From NCBI GenBank assembly GCA_002269645.1, contig NIVC01001197.1, positions 62,001 through 126,000 on the forward strand: a DNA stretch of 64,000 nt, in the 5' to 3' direction. The translations under genes were made by a program, and so were the position numbers. The DNA comes from Macrostomum lignano. Its lineage: Eukaryota. The notes under the pieces are model-generated. The model was not told where the DNA came from and searched no databases. It was given only the letters and a program-made list of their open reading frames with translations. This document shows positions 34,990-48,553 of this stretch, in pieces. Position 1 is the first letter of the stretch. Each line of letters starts with the position of its first letter.

Positions 34990-37900
34990 ATGACACTTTG
35001 GCAGCTTGGCTTCGTTGCTTGTGCCTTGTTCATCTTTCTGCCAATGTGCAGCAGTCAAACTGTCTGTAAGTTACTCATGTTCTCTGCTGATAACTCGCAT
35101 TTTATAACAAAAATTTTCTTCGCTTTCACTTCTGCATTTTCATCACCGTGGTTAATCTACTTTAGCTCTTGAAAGTTGCCTTAAGGCTACTCATAAAGAG
35201 TTAGCTCACTAGGGGAGAAAGAGAAAGAGACAGAAAGAGATAGAGAGAAATAACGTCTAGTGTCAAACGCTTGAACTCCCACTTCCAGACCGCAAGTCTG
35301 AGCACAGAATTTGGGAACAGAGTTGTCTCATCTTTATCGGGCAGATTCTTAGAGCTGGTCTCGTTAACGTCGCTTCCTCCGAAGTTTCTTGAATCCTGAA
35401 GTCGGCTCGGTATGAGGGCACTTTAGTGAACGTAATAACTTAATTATCGACGTCACTGTATTTTTCGAGATAATTATTTAGAATCAGAGATGCGCCCTAA
35501 TAATAAAATGAGTTCTATAACAGTGACAAGGTCCTCCAGAAGGGCGTCTTCTTAAAGAAATACCAGAATCGGAGTCGTGTATCCCTATCTGTTACTCAAG
35601 GGTACCAAAAGTCAAAGTAGTAGGCATGATGACAGTTCTGGCACAAAATTGTCAAAATCCCCTTTAGATCAACATCTACTAAGATGTATTGACACATAAT
35701 GCGCTTACTTCTAAAATCAGCTGTCACCATGCAATGATGCAATACCTACAACCACTCATCTAAGGGGGATAAAAAAAGTCAACCACCCCCCATCCATAAA
35801 ACAACCTAATCCCACCTAGATAGACATCTACTAAGATCTACTCAGACACAATGCGCTTACAGTTATAATCAGCTATCACAATGCAATACCTACACCTGTT
35901 AATCTAAGGCAAAAATGAACAACAACCCAAATTAAAAAACATTCACATCCCAAGACCCAACACTACATGCCTACACCACCCTTAGACTTAAAATAATTTC
36001 TTTGTAACTCTTTCTGGTTTTAGTCATTGCATATAAAAAAGTCATGCACAGCTCTCCACAGATGTCACTGTTAAGATCTTGAAGTATAAAGTCTGAGCGG
36101 TAAATTTTTTGCCCTTTTAGAATAGTAGTATTTATGTTGGTGGAGTAATTGGCGGCTATAATCCCCTAGTTCCACCAGTGAACGAGCCGAGCCCGGCGCC
36201 GCCGAAGGCGGCGTCGGGCGAGAGCGAGAGAACCCGAGGCCCCGCCAGGGGCCGAGGGCGAGTGAATAATTTCTACCCATGGCGGCCGAAGGCCGACATG
36301 GGCTAGAAAGTATTTACGAGTAAATAAGTTAGACTCTAATGCATTTTGAAATTTCACGTTTTTTCGCCAAAAAATGCTCCTGTTTTGCAACCACTGCACC
36401 GATTGAGTTGAGTGAGGTGTCGATCGATAGAAAACTTTTAAATCTATCGAATGAATATACTTTTAAGTGCAGAGATTTTATTACTAAGCCGTAAATTAAG
36501 TGGAAAGACAATTTTTTCAAAAGTGCTTCTGGGAGATCTCAAAATTCTGGTACACCTTACGAGATACGGCTTCGACATCTAAGGATCAAAGTTGTAAAAC
36601 TAAATTTCCTACAAAATGGTACATGGCACTTTAATTTATTTCGGCGTCTTTATGCAGTTTTGGTGGGTTTTTTGGGTAAAAAAATGACCTTCATTTTATT
36701 ATTTCGCCAATTTTTCCTACGAAGCTTTTTGAGTTTGGGCTTCAAAGCAGTGCAGTTGGATGCGCAATGCAAAAATCTACAAGTGTCTAAAGTTTTGTTT
36801 CCCTACGATTCTGCAGTGCTGAGAAAATCGACAAAAATTGATTTTTCAAAAAATCACATGACTTTCGCATTATTGCTCATTATAATTTTGAGAACATGGT
36901 GCGAATAAGCCAATATCGAATTTCTATAGCATAGTTGCTGTACTATATTGGTGTAAATTGCTGCCGTCTGCTTTCGCTGCTTTCGGATTGAAAAATCGAT
37001 CAGAAATCGATAATTTGTGATTTTTGGCTGATTGGGTGCCAGAAAAATGGGTGATTAAAATTTTAAAAGAATGCTAGATCAAATGCGGATACTGCAACGA
37101 GTTGTACTAATGTCTGGCTAAAATTGACCAAGTTTTTGAGTGTCTGCAACAAGTGCTCATGTGTCAAAAGTGATTGGAAATCGATCAGAGTAGTGATTTT
37201 TTAATATTTTGCTTGAAATCAGGCAAAATAACGCAATAGAACGACAATATTTTTATGAAATCTGATTTCCCACATAATGAGGCATATTTGCGTGCAATTT
37301 CTAGAGATTCAGTTCATTGGGTAAAAAATTATTGATAAAAAACTGAAAAATTGATCTTATTACTCTTATGTTAGTTTCGGGGATATTTAAACTGGAAATG
37401 GTAGGAATTTCGTACTGAAACCAATGCACAGTGTTCCATATAGGTAATTTAACAAATTTCTTGAATTTCATAACCATTCCATGTTTTTTTCATGTAAAAA
37501 ATGCCTTTTTTGCATCGAAATTCATCACATTAAGCTGCATATACCGCTTTGCATAATATGCATTTGCATGTGATTGCTTGCATGGCTTTGGCATTGGGCT
37601 GAGTTAAGCTGGTTAGAAAGGAAGGAAAGGAAAGGAAAGGAAGGAATAATCGTACATACAATGTACACACCCATCCCTTCCAAGTGGGGTTGTGGCAACG
37701 CGAGAGGGCTTGGCGGCTTGGTTTGGAGGGCGTGTAATAGAGCTTCATTTGACTCGCACACAGACCAAGGGAAATTAGATCGATAAACGGGCGTCACGTG
37801 ATTAGAATTTCGTATTAAATTTAGCTCTTTAACTGCACATTTGAATTGCAAGCCCAGTACAAAGTTTGTCGGGCGCAAGATCCAAGTCACTACGTGTACA

Positions 37901-40136
37901 ATCCTCCCCCGACTAAAAAGTCAGGCGATACGGCTTCTGAAGTAGGTATGTACAGTGTTTTGGAAAGACTTTATTTATAGCTTTCTTTGCAAAATATAAC
38001 CCTGCTACGCTCTGGAGTCATTAGAAATTTTTTTATATCGAGGCCTTCTAAAGCCTATTATAGAAGACTCGATTCCAGCTCATGGCTGCGGGTCAGATGA
38101 GAGAGAAAGAGAATAGAGAAGAGATAAGACTAAAGAGAAGATAAGAGATAAAACGAGAGCTAGAAGCGAGAGGAGAGGAGAGGGGAGACTAGAGAGAGAT
38201 TAGAGTGGAGAGAAACAGAACAGACAAAGAGAGAAAATGGGAGAAGTAGAGATTTACATTTTTATTGAGCTTCTCAAAGTTCTTTTTCATCGGTACAAAA
38301 CTAGGTTTATCAAGTAGTATGAAGACCCACGTCTAAAAAGAAGCCCGTTCACTGGTGGCAAAAAGACGTGTGCGTCTTCATACTACTTGTTTTAGTTAGC
38401 ATATTGAAATATATTTCCATACCTTTTCTTGCATATAGTGGGAAAGTAAAGTCTTAGACACTGTCTGGTTTTGGGCACAGTCTGGTTTTCGAGTGAGAGA
38501 GGGCAGAAGAGCAGAGAGAAGTTCGCCCAACCTTCAAGTTTACCCAAGGCCGCAGCCAGTATCAAAATCTGCACACTGCCTAATATGGCGAGTGCACTTC
38601 TCGCCTCCGAACCTTCTTGCTCTGTACCTAGAGAAAATCTCTTTCCTCACCTCGTGTTCCTCGAGAGGGTCGCCCACAGACCGGGGCCGCCATTCTATGC
38701 TCCTTGCTTCAAGTTGCAAATCTTTTCAAATTGTACACTCAGCTATATCGATTATTTTTCTTAACTCCCCGCATGCTTGACTCCAAGATTGTATGCACAG
38801 CTTAGAATTTTCTGGAATTTTCGACTGCTAGCTGTATTTAAAGCCACACTACTAGAAGTTAAGTCAAGCACAATATAATTTTTAAGGTATGGCAAGGGAT
38901 TAGCTTGTCAGCTGCAGATAATAAGATATTTGTCTTTGACGACAATACTAAAAGTCTACCCTTTGGTCATTCCCTTACTGCCAGTTTATGTTGTACCAAT
39001 ATTGACAGTATTGCATAGATATTGCCGTGACATTTTATGTTTCAGCTACATTGTAACTGTGTGACTTGTGACTGTCATCATGCCTACTACTAGTCAATCA
39101 AATTAATCCACCTATACTAATTCTCTATAATAGTCTAAGAGCATCGGAATCGGTCCAAACGGATCCTGTCCAATCCCTAAGATTAGGATTAGGATTTAGA
39201 TAGGGAGGCCTTTAATTCATTAAATCAACAGAAATCAACAGATTAATCACGGCCGGTAATGTCTTAGCTCTCATTAATCAAATAACTGTGACTTCAACAA
39301 ACTCTGATCTATGCACTTCTCTCAGAGATGTAGCTTCGTAGTTTTTGATAAGTCTTGAATTCTCCTAAGGCTGCTCCGAATCTGGGATTTCAGCTCGGAT
39401 TATGGACTTATATTTCTACGCAATTTTAAGACGGTTTTGGCCTAAACTGAGGCTAGGTTTTATGAGTTTACGAAAGGAATTTTATCATTGGACAGATAGG
39501 GTTTTTGAATAGAAAGGGTGAGACTAAGGTCATTTTTAGGTTAAAATTTACCATTATTTAAAATTCTAAAATTTAAGGTTGAAAACCCGTTTTTCGCACA
39601 ATGGGATGGTCACTGACTATTTTTGTGATATTACAAAAAAATGAGGGATGTTGTACGCGTATGAATTAAAAATTTGTATTTGACATATTTTCATCTCACT
39701 ACTTCTAGTAGTCTCAATTAAGTAGTATCAATAAGACATAATTCCTTCACTAACCGGACCAACCATTGCGCAGACTGCAGCGGCGGGCTCCAGCGGCTGC
39801 CAGCTGAGGCCGGTGGCGAAATCGCCAGCCACAGCGGAGTCGGCACAACAAACTACAGCAGCAACTCGCAGTGCTACTGGCAGCTCGATGCGCCGCCTGG
39901 CAAAAGAGTCGTAGTACGGTTCACCTACATGGATCTCGAGTCACCAAGCGACAGAGTGACTCTGTACGACGGCCTGACAACGTCATCCGAAATTGCAGTC
40001 GTTAGCGCGAATGACTCAGCTGGCTACGAGTCGCCGAAGTTCGTTTCGTCCGCAAACACTCTGACAGTGAATTTTTATTCGAACAGCCAATTCGCCAGAA
40101 AAGGATTTCGTTTAGAGTACAACGCCACCGTATCCG
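34990..40136 (+). CDS. CUB receptor paralog P3: signal exon and first CUB exon only in this window
   Basis: Exon 34990-35065 (MTLWQLGFVACALFIFLPMCSSQTV) and a 363-bp exon 39774-40136 nearly identical to P2 18181-18543. Intron 1 is about 4.7 kb (226 bp in P2). No further CUB exon was seen up to 64000. Confidence 0.8.
36160..36320. repeat. GC-rich multi-hairpin element, probably a non-autonomous transposon end
   Basis: Stems CGCCGCC-GAA-GGCGGCG and CCCATG..GGCC-GAA-GGCC..CATGGG in AT-rich surroundings. Family not identified. Confidence 0.5.
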
Positions 40137-40999
40137 GTTAGTTGCCAGTGTTATCCAGTTGAATCATTGGATCAGTACCGTATTAGCACATACATGTACA
40201 TGCAATTAGAAGGCATGATCTCGGCTTTAATTATTTTGTTAGTCTGAATAATTCTCACAGAAAGGTGCACCGCCGACGACTGAGGGTACACAGGGAGGGG
40301 ACACGCTTTGTCCTTCCGCCCAACTACCCGGCAAAAAAACGTTGAATACTTGGAAAGTAGACATTGACAAAACGTGACAAGTACCAGTACTCATACTTTA
40401 AAAGTTTTCCATGTTGGTATGAAGTACTTCCAAAGTACCGCATGTATAGACAAAGTAACCAGTCCTGACTTTCGAAGTATCCCCTGCTGGTACAAAGTAA
40501 CCACCCTAGTTGACAATGACTTTAGCAAACTTGTCAGGTCTTACTTGAAAATTCGTATAATTTTTGCTAAGAAAGTATAAGATCTGACTTGAAGTTTTTT
40601 CGCAGATCTGATAACATCTGGCAAGATTTCACAAGAAAGTTTTAAGGATCTTTTAAGATTTCACAAGTGTTTCTCACGATCTTGCAAGATATTTCAAGTT
40701 TGTCGCTTGATGTATGGCGACCTTTTGGCATTCCTCTGGCCTACAGACGACTGCACAAATTGTCTCCCGCATGCCATAACTGCTTCTGAATGGCTGCTTC
40801 TGTGCTGAGTCCTGGCAGGTTAAAACATTAATCAGCAACAACAAACTTGTCTCTGGAAAAGTTCTTGAAGTTAAAAGAATGAAGAAATAATATTTTAAGT
40901 CATTCAGATAATTTAAATTGCTTTATAGCTTGCCTTTTAAAATCAATTCACAGCATACAAGCTTCATTTTTGAATAATTTTAATATAAAGATAGAAATG

Positions 41000-43247
41000 T
41001 ACATCCAAATCACAACAATACAAAACAATTTTTTTCCTCTCTCCCCTCTTCTCTCGTATCTTCCCTCATTTCTCTTCTTTTTCATCTCTCTTATCTCATT
41101 TCTTTTCTCTTCTTTTTCCTCTCCTCCCACTCTTCTCTCGTCTTTTCCTTCACCTCTCTTCTCGCTCGTCTTTATTTGCGCTCTGATCTCTCCTTTCTCT
41201 TCTCTTTTATCTCTTTTCATTTCTCTCTGCTTCCCCCTCTCTCTCTGCTTCCCCCCTCTCTCTCTCATGCTTCCCCCTCTCTCTCTCTGCTTCCCCCCTC
41301 TCTCTCTGCTTCCCCTCTCTCTCTCTGCTTCCCCCCTCTATCTCTGCTTCCCCCCTCTCTCTTATCTCTCCTCTCCCATCTTTCTTCTCCTCTCTACTCT
41401 TTCCTCTCTACTCGCTCCTCTACTCTCTCCTCTCTACTCGCTCCTCTACTCTCTCCTCTCCACTCGCTACTCTACTCTATACTCTCCTCTCTACTCGCTC
41501 CTCTACTCTCTCCCTCCTTCCTCTACTCTCTCCCTCCTTTCTCTTCTCTCGTCTTTGCACTCTGCTCTCTCTTCCTTCATCTTCCATCTCTACTCTTTCA
41601 GCTTTCCTTTCATCTCTCTCATCTCATCTCTTTCCTCTCTCCTCCTCTTCCCTTTACTCTATCATCTCTCCTTTCTCCTCTCTTCTTTCGCAACTCTATC
41701 TCATCTCTCTCCTCTCTTCTCACTCCTCTCTCCCCCTCTTATCTCCTCTCTTCTTTATCCTTTCTAATCGCTCCTCTCAATCCTCTCTCATCTCCTCTCT
41801 GTTCTCTCATGTCTACTCATCTCTACTCTCTTCTCACTCTTCTCTACCCTCCTCTCTCATCGATTCTCTGTCTCATCTCTTAACCTCTACTCTTTCCTCT
41901 CCTTCCTCTATCCCTCCTTTCGCTTCTTCCTCCCATATTCTCTGCTTTCTCCTCAACCCCTCGTCTCTCTTATTATTTTCTATCTTTTCTCTGATCCTCC
42001 TCTCGCCCCTCCGCTCTTTCTAATAGTCTATTCCTTCTCCTTTTCACTCTCATATGGCCCGCAGCCATGAGCTTGATTCTTTATCTGGCCTTTGACGTAA
42101 AAAATCTGCCGATCCCTGCTTCGAAAGCCAGTTTGTGGGACATAGTACTATCATGGTTGTTATCATTTCTCACGCTTTAATCACGTCATCTTTCTGGCCA
42201 ATTAGTAGCCCTGAGAGGAATTTGTGTATCTCCAGCTCCACCACCACAGTCTGCAGCAGTCTAACAACCAAGGAAATACGCATTTCTTAGGAGCCATTTA
42301 AATTTTAAAGTACCTTATGCTAACTTAATATTGAACTTTTCATAATGTGCGTAACTAATTTAGTAGGATTGCATTGTAATCAGTTATTCATTAATTTTTC
42401 GCTATTTTTACAAACCATCCCATATCGCCTTGATTTGACATCCACTGTTAAACTGCTGCAGACTGTCTATACAGAGAACAGTGGTTTGAATCTCTCACTA
42501 AACTGTCTCTCCTCTCCACGCCCCTCCACTCGCGGGGTACAGAGAAGGCTATTCCAAAACACTGTACATTCGCTATTTACATTGAGCCCTATCGCCTGAC
42601 CCTTCGTCTGGGGGAATGAGTTGAATGAGCGGCAAACAACAGAAAAAGCAGACAGACTTCACATGCCTACAGTTTCTGTTCTGATTGAGATACAGAGTTG
42701 AGACTTTACAATTAGACAGAGAATAAGTCAATAAAGAATTGTGTCAAATTTGAAGTTAATCGCTTCACGTGGAGCAAACTTATAGCAGTCGAAAGTTAGT
42801 CATTTAAAACCTATTTACACCCTTTGTCCAGATCGGGAAAGAGAGGCAGGCGGGCGGAGGTTGGGGTGGCTGCCTCGCTGAAAAAAAACAGCCTAACTTT
42901 AAAAGTGCACAGCGCCGTTCAGGATTAACTTTAAGACTCGAAATTTTACACGATTGTGTCAAAATAGTTGAAGATTGAGTGTGTCAAGTTTGAAGAGAAT
43001 CGGTGGAAGTGGAGCGGCGCTAGCAAGGATTTAGTGAAAAAATGGCGCATTTTGAGTTGTTTTTTGCACTTTTAGGTGGGAAGACTCAAGTTTAGGAAAT
43101 TTTAAGGTAGCCTATGACACTTTCTGTAGTGAATTTAGGGTGGGTGCAAAATTTGGTGTAATTTGGTTGAGCGGTTTGGGAGTCTATAGCAAAGTAATTT
43201 GTACACAGACACACAGACACACAGAGTTTTGATTTTTATAGTTAGAG
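41000..43247. mobile_element. Helentron/HINE-like non-autonomous repeat, copy A (left end lost or diverged)
   Basis: CT-rich tract, then a conserved block of about 1.2 kb ending (CACAGA)n-GAGTTTTGATTTTTATAGTTAGAG. Joined head-to-tail with copy B. The family label is inference. Confidence 0.6.
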
Positions 43248-46206
43248 ACAAGCTGTTGAAACCCGCGGAATTTGAACCCGGGGAATTCCAATCCCCGGAA
43301 CTATTTTTGCATGTATTCTGAAATCTGAGCCCATCTGAAACAAAAACTTGTTAATAGTTAGTTAGTAGGATAAAGGTAAACAAAAATGGAGTACATTCGC
43401 ATACAATTTGGATGTGAGGCAAACATATTGTTGGCTAGGGGTGCTTTTACTTTAAATAGGCAATTAATGTCTGTCTGACTCTAAAACATGTATTGGCAAA
43501 CTCTGGCCTCTGCCTCTGACTCTCCCTACGTCCCTTGGATCCTTTGAAACTTCTATCTTCTCTTCTGTTTCCTCTCTTCTCTCTCGTCCCTTGTCTCTTT
43601 TCTCCTCTCTTCTCTTTTTTCTATCTCCTCTCTCCCCTCTTCTCTCGTCTCTTCCCTCATTTCTCTTCTTTTTCATCTCTCTTATCTCATCTCTTTTCTC
43701 TTTCCTCTCCTCGCACTCTTCTCTTATATTTTCCTTCACCTCTCTTCTCTCGTCTTTATTTGCTCTCTGATCTCTCCTTTCTCTTCTCTCTCTTCTCTTT
43801 TATCTATTTTCATTTCTCTCTGCTTCCCCCTCTCTCTCTGCTTCCCCCTCTCTCTCTGCTTCCCCCTCTCTCTCTGCTTCCCCCCTCTCTCTCTCTGCTT
43901 CCCCCTCTCTCTGCTTCCCCCTCTCTCTCTGCTTCCCCCTCTCTCTGCTTCCCCCCTCTCTCTCTCTGCTTCCCCCTCTCTCTGCTTCCCCCCTCTCTCT
44001 CTCTGCTTCCCCTCTCTCTGCTTCCCCCTCTCTCTCTGCTTCCCCCCTCTCTCTCTGCTTCCCCCTCTCTCTGCTTCCCCCTCTCTCTCTCTGCTTCCCC
44101 CTCTCTCTGCTTCCCCCTCTCTCTCTGCTTCCCCCTCTCTCTGCTTCCCCCCTCTCTCTCTCTGCTTCCCCCTCTCTCTGCTTCCCCCTCTCTCTCTCTG
44201 CTTCCCCCTCTCTCTGCTTCCCCCCTCTCTCTCTCTGCTTCCCCCTCTCTCTCTGCTTCCCCCTCTCTCTCTGCTTCCCCCTCTCTCTCTGCTTCCCCCT
44301 CTCTCTGCTTCCCCCCTGTATCTTATCTCTCCTCTCCCATCTTTCTTCTCCTCTCTACTCTCTCCCCTCCATTCTCCTCTTTTCTCTCCTCTCGCCTCAC
44401 TCACTTCTCTCTCCCTTTGTCTCTCCTCTCGTCTCTGTAATCTCTACTCTCCCATCTCTCGTCTGTTCATTTTCGTCTCTGCTCTCAGCTCATCCCCCCT
44501 CTTTCATCTGTCATCTTTACTGTCTTATATGTTCTCTCATTCTGTCCACTCTGTACTCTTTTCTTTCACCTCTTTTGTCTCCTCACCTTCCTTTCTCCTT
44601 TCTCCTCTTCTCTTCCCTCTTCTATATACTCTCTCCCTCTCTTGTCTCGTCTCTTCTCTCTTCGCACTCTCCTCCTTTATCTCTCATCTCTCATTTCTCA
44701 TCTCTCCTTTTTCCTCTTTACTAACTCCTCTCTGCTCTTCTCTCTGCTCTCCTCTCATCTGCAGCTCTCTGCTCTCTCCTCTCTACTCGCTCCTCTACTC
44801 ACTCCTCTACTCTCTCTCTACTCGCTCCTCTACTCTCTCCTCTCTACTCGCTCCTCTCTATTCTCTCCTCTCATTGTCCTCGCTCCCTCATCTCTCCTAT
44901 TATCTTTTATATTTTCTCTTATTCTCTCTCTCACCTCTCCTCTCTTTTCGAATCGTCTATTCCTTCTTCTCTCCACTCTCAACTGCCCCTCAGCCATAAG
45001 CAGGATTCTTTTCTGGCCTTTGAGGTAAAAGTCTGCCCATTCCTGCTTGGAAAGCCAGTTTGTGGGACGTAGTACTCTCATGGCTGTTCTCATGCTTTGA
45101 TCATGTAATTTTTCTTGCCAATTTGCAAGCCCTGAAAATAATTTGTGTATCTTCATTCTTCAGCTCCACTGCAGTCTGCATCAATCTAACAACCAAGGAA
45201 ATACGCATTTCTTAGGAGGCCATTTAAATTTTAAAGTACCTTTAAGAGAAACCTTAAATTTCTTCCATGATGTGACTAATTTAGTAGAGTTGTATTGCAT
45301 TGCATCGCCTTTTCATAAATCTTTCGCTTTTACAAACCATGCTGGATTACCCTGATTTGCCATCCACTGTTAAACTGCTGCAGAGTTTGCCTATACAGAG
45401 GACAGTGGTTAGAATTTCTCACTAAAATGTTATGGATGGCTAAACGTAGCCTCTCAACGGGGGGTGCAGAGAAGGCCATAAACAAAGCTATTCCAAAACA
45501 CTGTACATTTTCTATGTACATTCAGTCCTATCGCCTGATCCTTCGTCTGGCTCTGGGGGAATGAGTGAGTGAGTGGCACAAACAACAGAAAAAGCAGACA
45601 AACTTCACATGCTTACAGTTTCTTTTTCGGTTAAGTTACACAGTTGAAACTTTACATTTAGATAGAGAATGAGTCAATGAAGAATTGTGTCAAGTTTGAA
45701 GTCAATCGCTTTACGTGGAGCAAACTTATGGCAGCTGAAAGTTAGTCAATTTTGAAACCCTTTTACACATCTGGGCCCAGATCGGGAAAGAGAGGCAGGC
45801 GGGCGGAGGTTGGGGTGGCTGCCTCGCTGAAAAAAACAGCCTAACTTTAAAAGTGCACAGCACCGCTCAGGATTAATGTTGAGATTTGAAATTTTACACG
45901 ATTGTGTCAAAATAGTTGAAGATTGTTTGTGTCAAATTTGCAGAGGATCGGTAGAAGTGGGGCGGCGCTATGGAGGATTTAGTAAAAAAAATTGCGAATT
46001 TTGAGCAGTTTTTTGCACTTTTAGGTAGGAAGACTCAAATTTAGGAAATTGAAAGATAGCCTAAGACATTCTCCGTAGTGAGTTTAGGGTGGGTGTAAAA
46101 TTTGGTGTCATTTGGTTGAGCGGTTTGGGAGTCCATAGCGATCAAAATTGTCCACACACAGACAGACAGACAGACAGACAGAGTTTTGATTTTTATAGGT
46201 AGAGAT
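43248..46206. mobile_element. Helentron/HINE-like non-autonomous repeat, copy B
   Basis: Starts ACAAGCTGTTGAAACCCGCGG with a CCGGGGA...TCCCCGG hairpin, has an internal CT tract with a CTCTCTCTGCTTCCCC minisatellite (43810-44320), and ends (CAGA)n-GAGTTTTGATTTTTATAGGTAGAGAT. Confidence 0.7.
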
Positions 46207-46650
46207 TGAGTACAATCACTATAACAAATGGGGGTGCTGGCAAATGAAAACTTTAAAAACATTGCCTTGAACATGACTGCTGTTTTGGCACTGTTACATG
46301 AACTGGAAATATTAGTACATTTTATATTTTATCTAGCTTAATAATAAACACCATGTATTCAAATCATAATTTTTACCCAAAAGCTTTTAAAATAAAACCA
46401 ATGACCAATGTTGTCCCATGATTTTACGGGCCGCACGGCCCACGGAATCGTCAATTTGTGCCCGCGATTTTAGTCTATGGCATTTATTATTAAGCGTAGA
46501 AAAAGATAAATTTATCGAAGTAACAGTAGATGCTAGCCAGCATAACAAAGTACATTTATAAACAATAAGTCAATAGCAGAATAGTTCATCAATGGTTCAT
46601 CAAAAGCCATGCAGCGTTAAAGATAGAAGCTGAGTCTTACACCGTCTTTC

Positions 46651-47061
46651 TCAAGCACTGTTTGTCTCCTTTACAAATCGATGGATACTAGCCCGAAAGC
46701 CACGAATCGTATCCGGTGCATAGGTCTTCGTTCCAAGCGCAGGATTAGCTCGCAGACTTACGTACCAGAGGCGCAGATAGCCGTCTAAGTAGCGCACTGG
46801 CATGCTTTCAATGTCATCAGGCAGGTTTTTCTCTCGAAGAAATTTCTTGAACCGATTAATTTGATTCTTAGTGGTTGCTAAGGTGGATGCCAACTTTGAC
46901 GACTGTTCAAGTCGTTTGATGTCCTCTAGTTCTTGTACATCTAAGTCGCGATACGAATCTTCCTGAGTCCGTAGTTCCGCCAAAAACGTTTCCACGTCAT
47001 TGAGGTCCAGGATTGGCAATCCCGACCACTGATCGACAGACGTCTTCGCGCTCATGGACAC
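46651..47061 (-). mobile_element. Crypton-type recombinase N-terminal fragment
   Basis: TTKNQINRFKKFLREKNLPDDIESMPVRYLDGYLRLWYVSLR...YAPDTIRGFRASIHRF resembles the N-terminal domain of Crypton/DUF3504 proteins. Truncated. Confidence 0.65.
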
Positions 47062-47787
47062 AGTTTGGACATGAATTCCAATTCAGCACTATCCAAGCCA
47101 CTAATATCGCCAGTGGCGATTCTTTGAAAATTGATGATGCCTCGTGCTCAATAAGTTGTCGTGCTTGTTGACTTCCATATATATATTCGCTCTTTTCTTC
47201 AGGATTCTCTCAGCTGTTACAAAAATACAGTTTTAAAAGCCTGAGTATTACCACCGACTAAAGTGGCTGGCAGGAAAGATTTTGAACGCGGGCAGGAATG
47301 AATTACGTGCCCGCTAGTTTCGTCTATGGTTAATGCTTAGTGGCTCCCTCGAAATGATGAGACAACACAGTTCTGTCTATGCATTTTCGGGCAAAAAAGG
47401 GTAACTTTTTGGTAGCGTTCTGGTAGCTTATGGGTAGCTTTTTGGTAGCGTTCTGGTAGCTTATGGTCTGAGCAGTCTACTACTGGTACATGTATTAGTG
47501 AATAGTCCTAATCGGGCGTTTGCCAAGATTAGAGGGTCACAGCACAACTCTCTCTGAATCCTCTTTGTATATTTTCCTAATCCCTTCTCTTAGTAAGTTT
47601 CTGAGCACTATTACTCTCTCTTTCCTTAAAATAACTAACTCAATATAAGGTTTCAAAGTTTATCTGAGAATATAAAACGAATGAGCTAAGAGCAAGCAGC
47701 AAGTTAGCGAGTTTAGCAGGTTACCTTTATTTGGGCAAAAATTGACTCGTATATATACTATTTTAGATGGCTATGTTTATAACAAAA

Positions 47788-48488
47788 ACAAGCTGTTGAA
47801 ACCCGCGGATTTTGAACCCGGGGAATTTCAATCCCCGGAACTACTTTTGCATGTATTCTGAAATCTAAGGTCATACACAAACAAAAACTTGTTAATAGTT
47901 AGTAGGATAGAGGTAGACATAAAGTGGACACATTCGTGTAAAATCAGGATTTGAGGCAAAAATTGATATTGTTGGCTGGGGTACTGCACAGAATGTCAGG
48001 CAATGTCTGTCTGACTCTAAAACATGTATTGGCAAACTCTGACCTCTCCCTGACTCTCCCTATGTCCCTTGGATCCTTTAAAATTTCTATCGTCTCTTCT
48101 GTTTCCTCTCTTCTCTCTCGTCCCTCGTCTCTCCTCTCTCTTCTCTTCTCTCATATCTTCCCTCATCTCTCTTCTCTTTCATCTCTCTTATCTCTTGTCT
48201 CTTCTCTCTACTCTTTCCTCTCTCTTTCCTCTCTACTTTTCGTTTTCTCTCTTCTCTCCTCTCTTCTGTCTCCTCTCTACTTTTCGTTTTCTCTCTCCTC
48301 TCCTCTCTCCTCTCTTACTCTCTACTCTTTCGTTTTCTCTCTCCTCTCCTCTCTCCTATCTTCTTTCGTATCTTCCCTCATCTCTCTTCTCTTTCATATC
48401 TCTTATCTCTTCCCTTTTCTTTTCTCTCTCCTCTCCTCTCTCCTCTCTACTTTTTCGTTTTCTCTCTTCTCCTCTATCTGTCTCTCTG

Positions 48489-48553
<65 letters not shown>

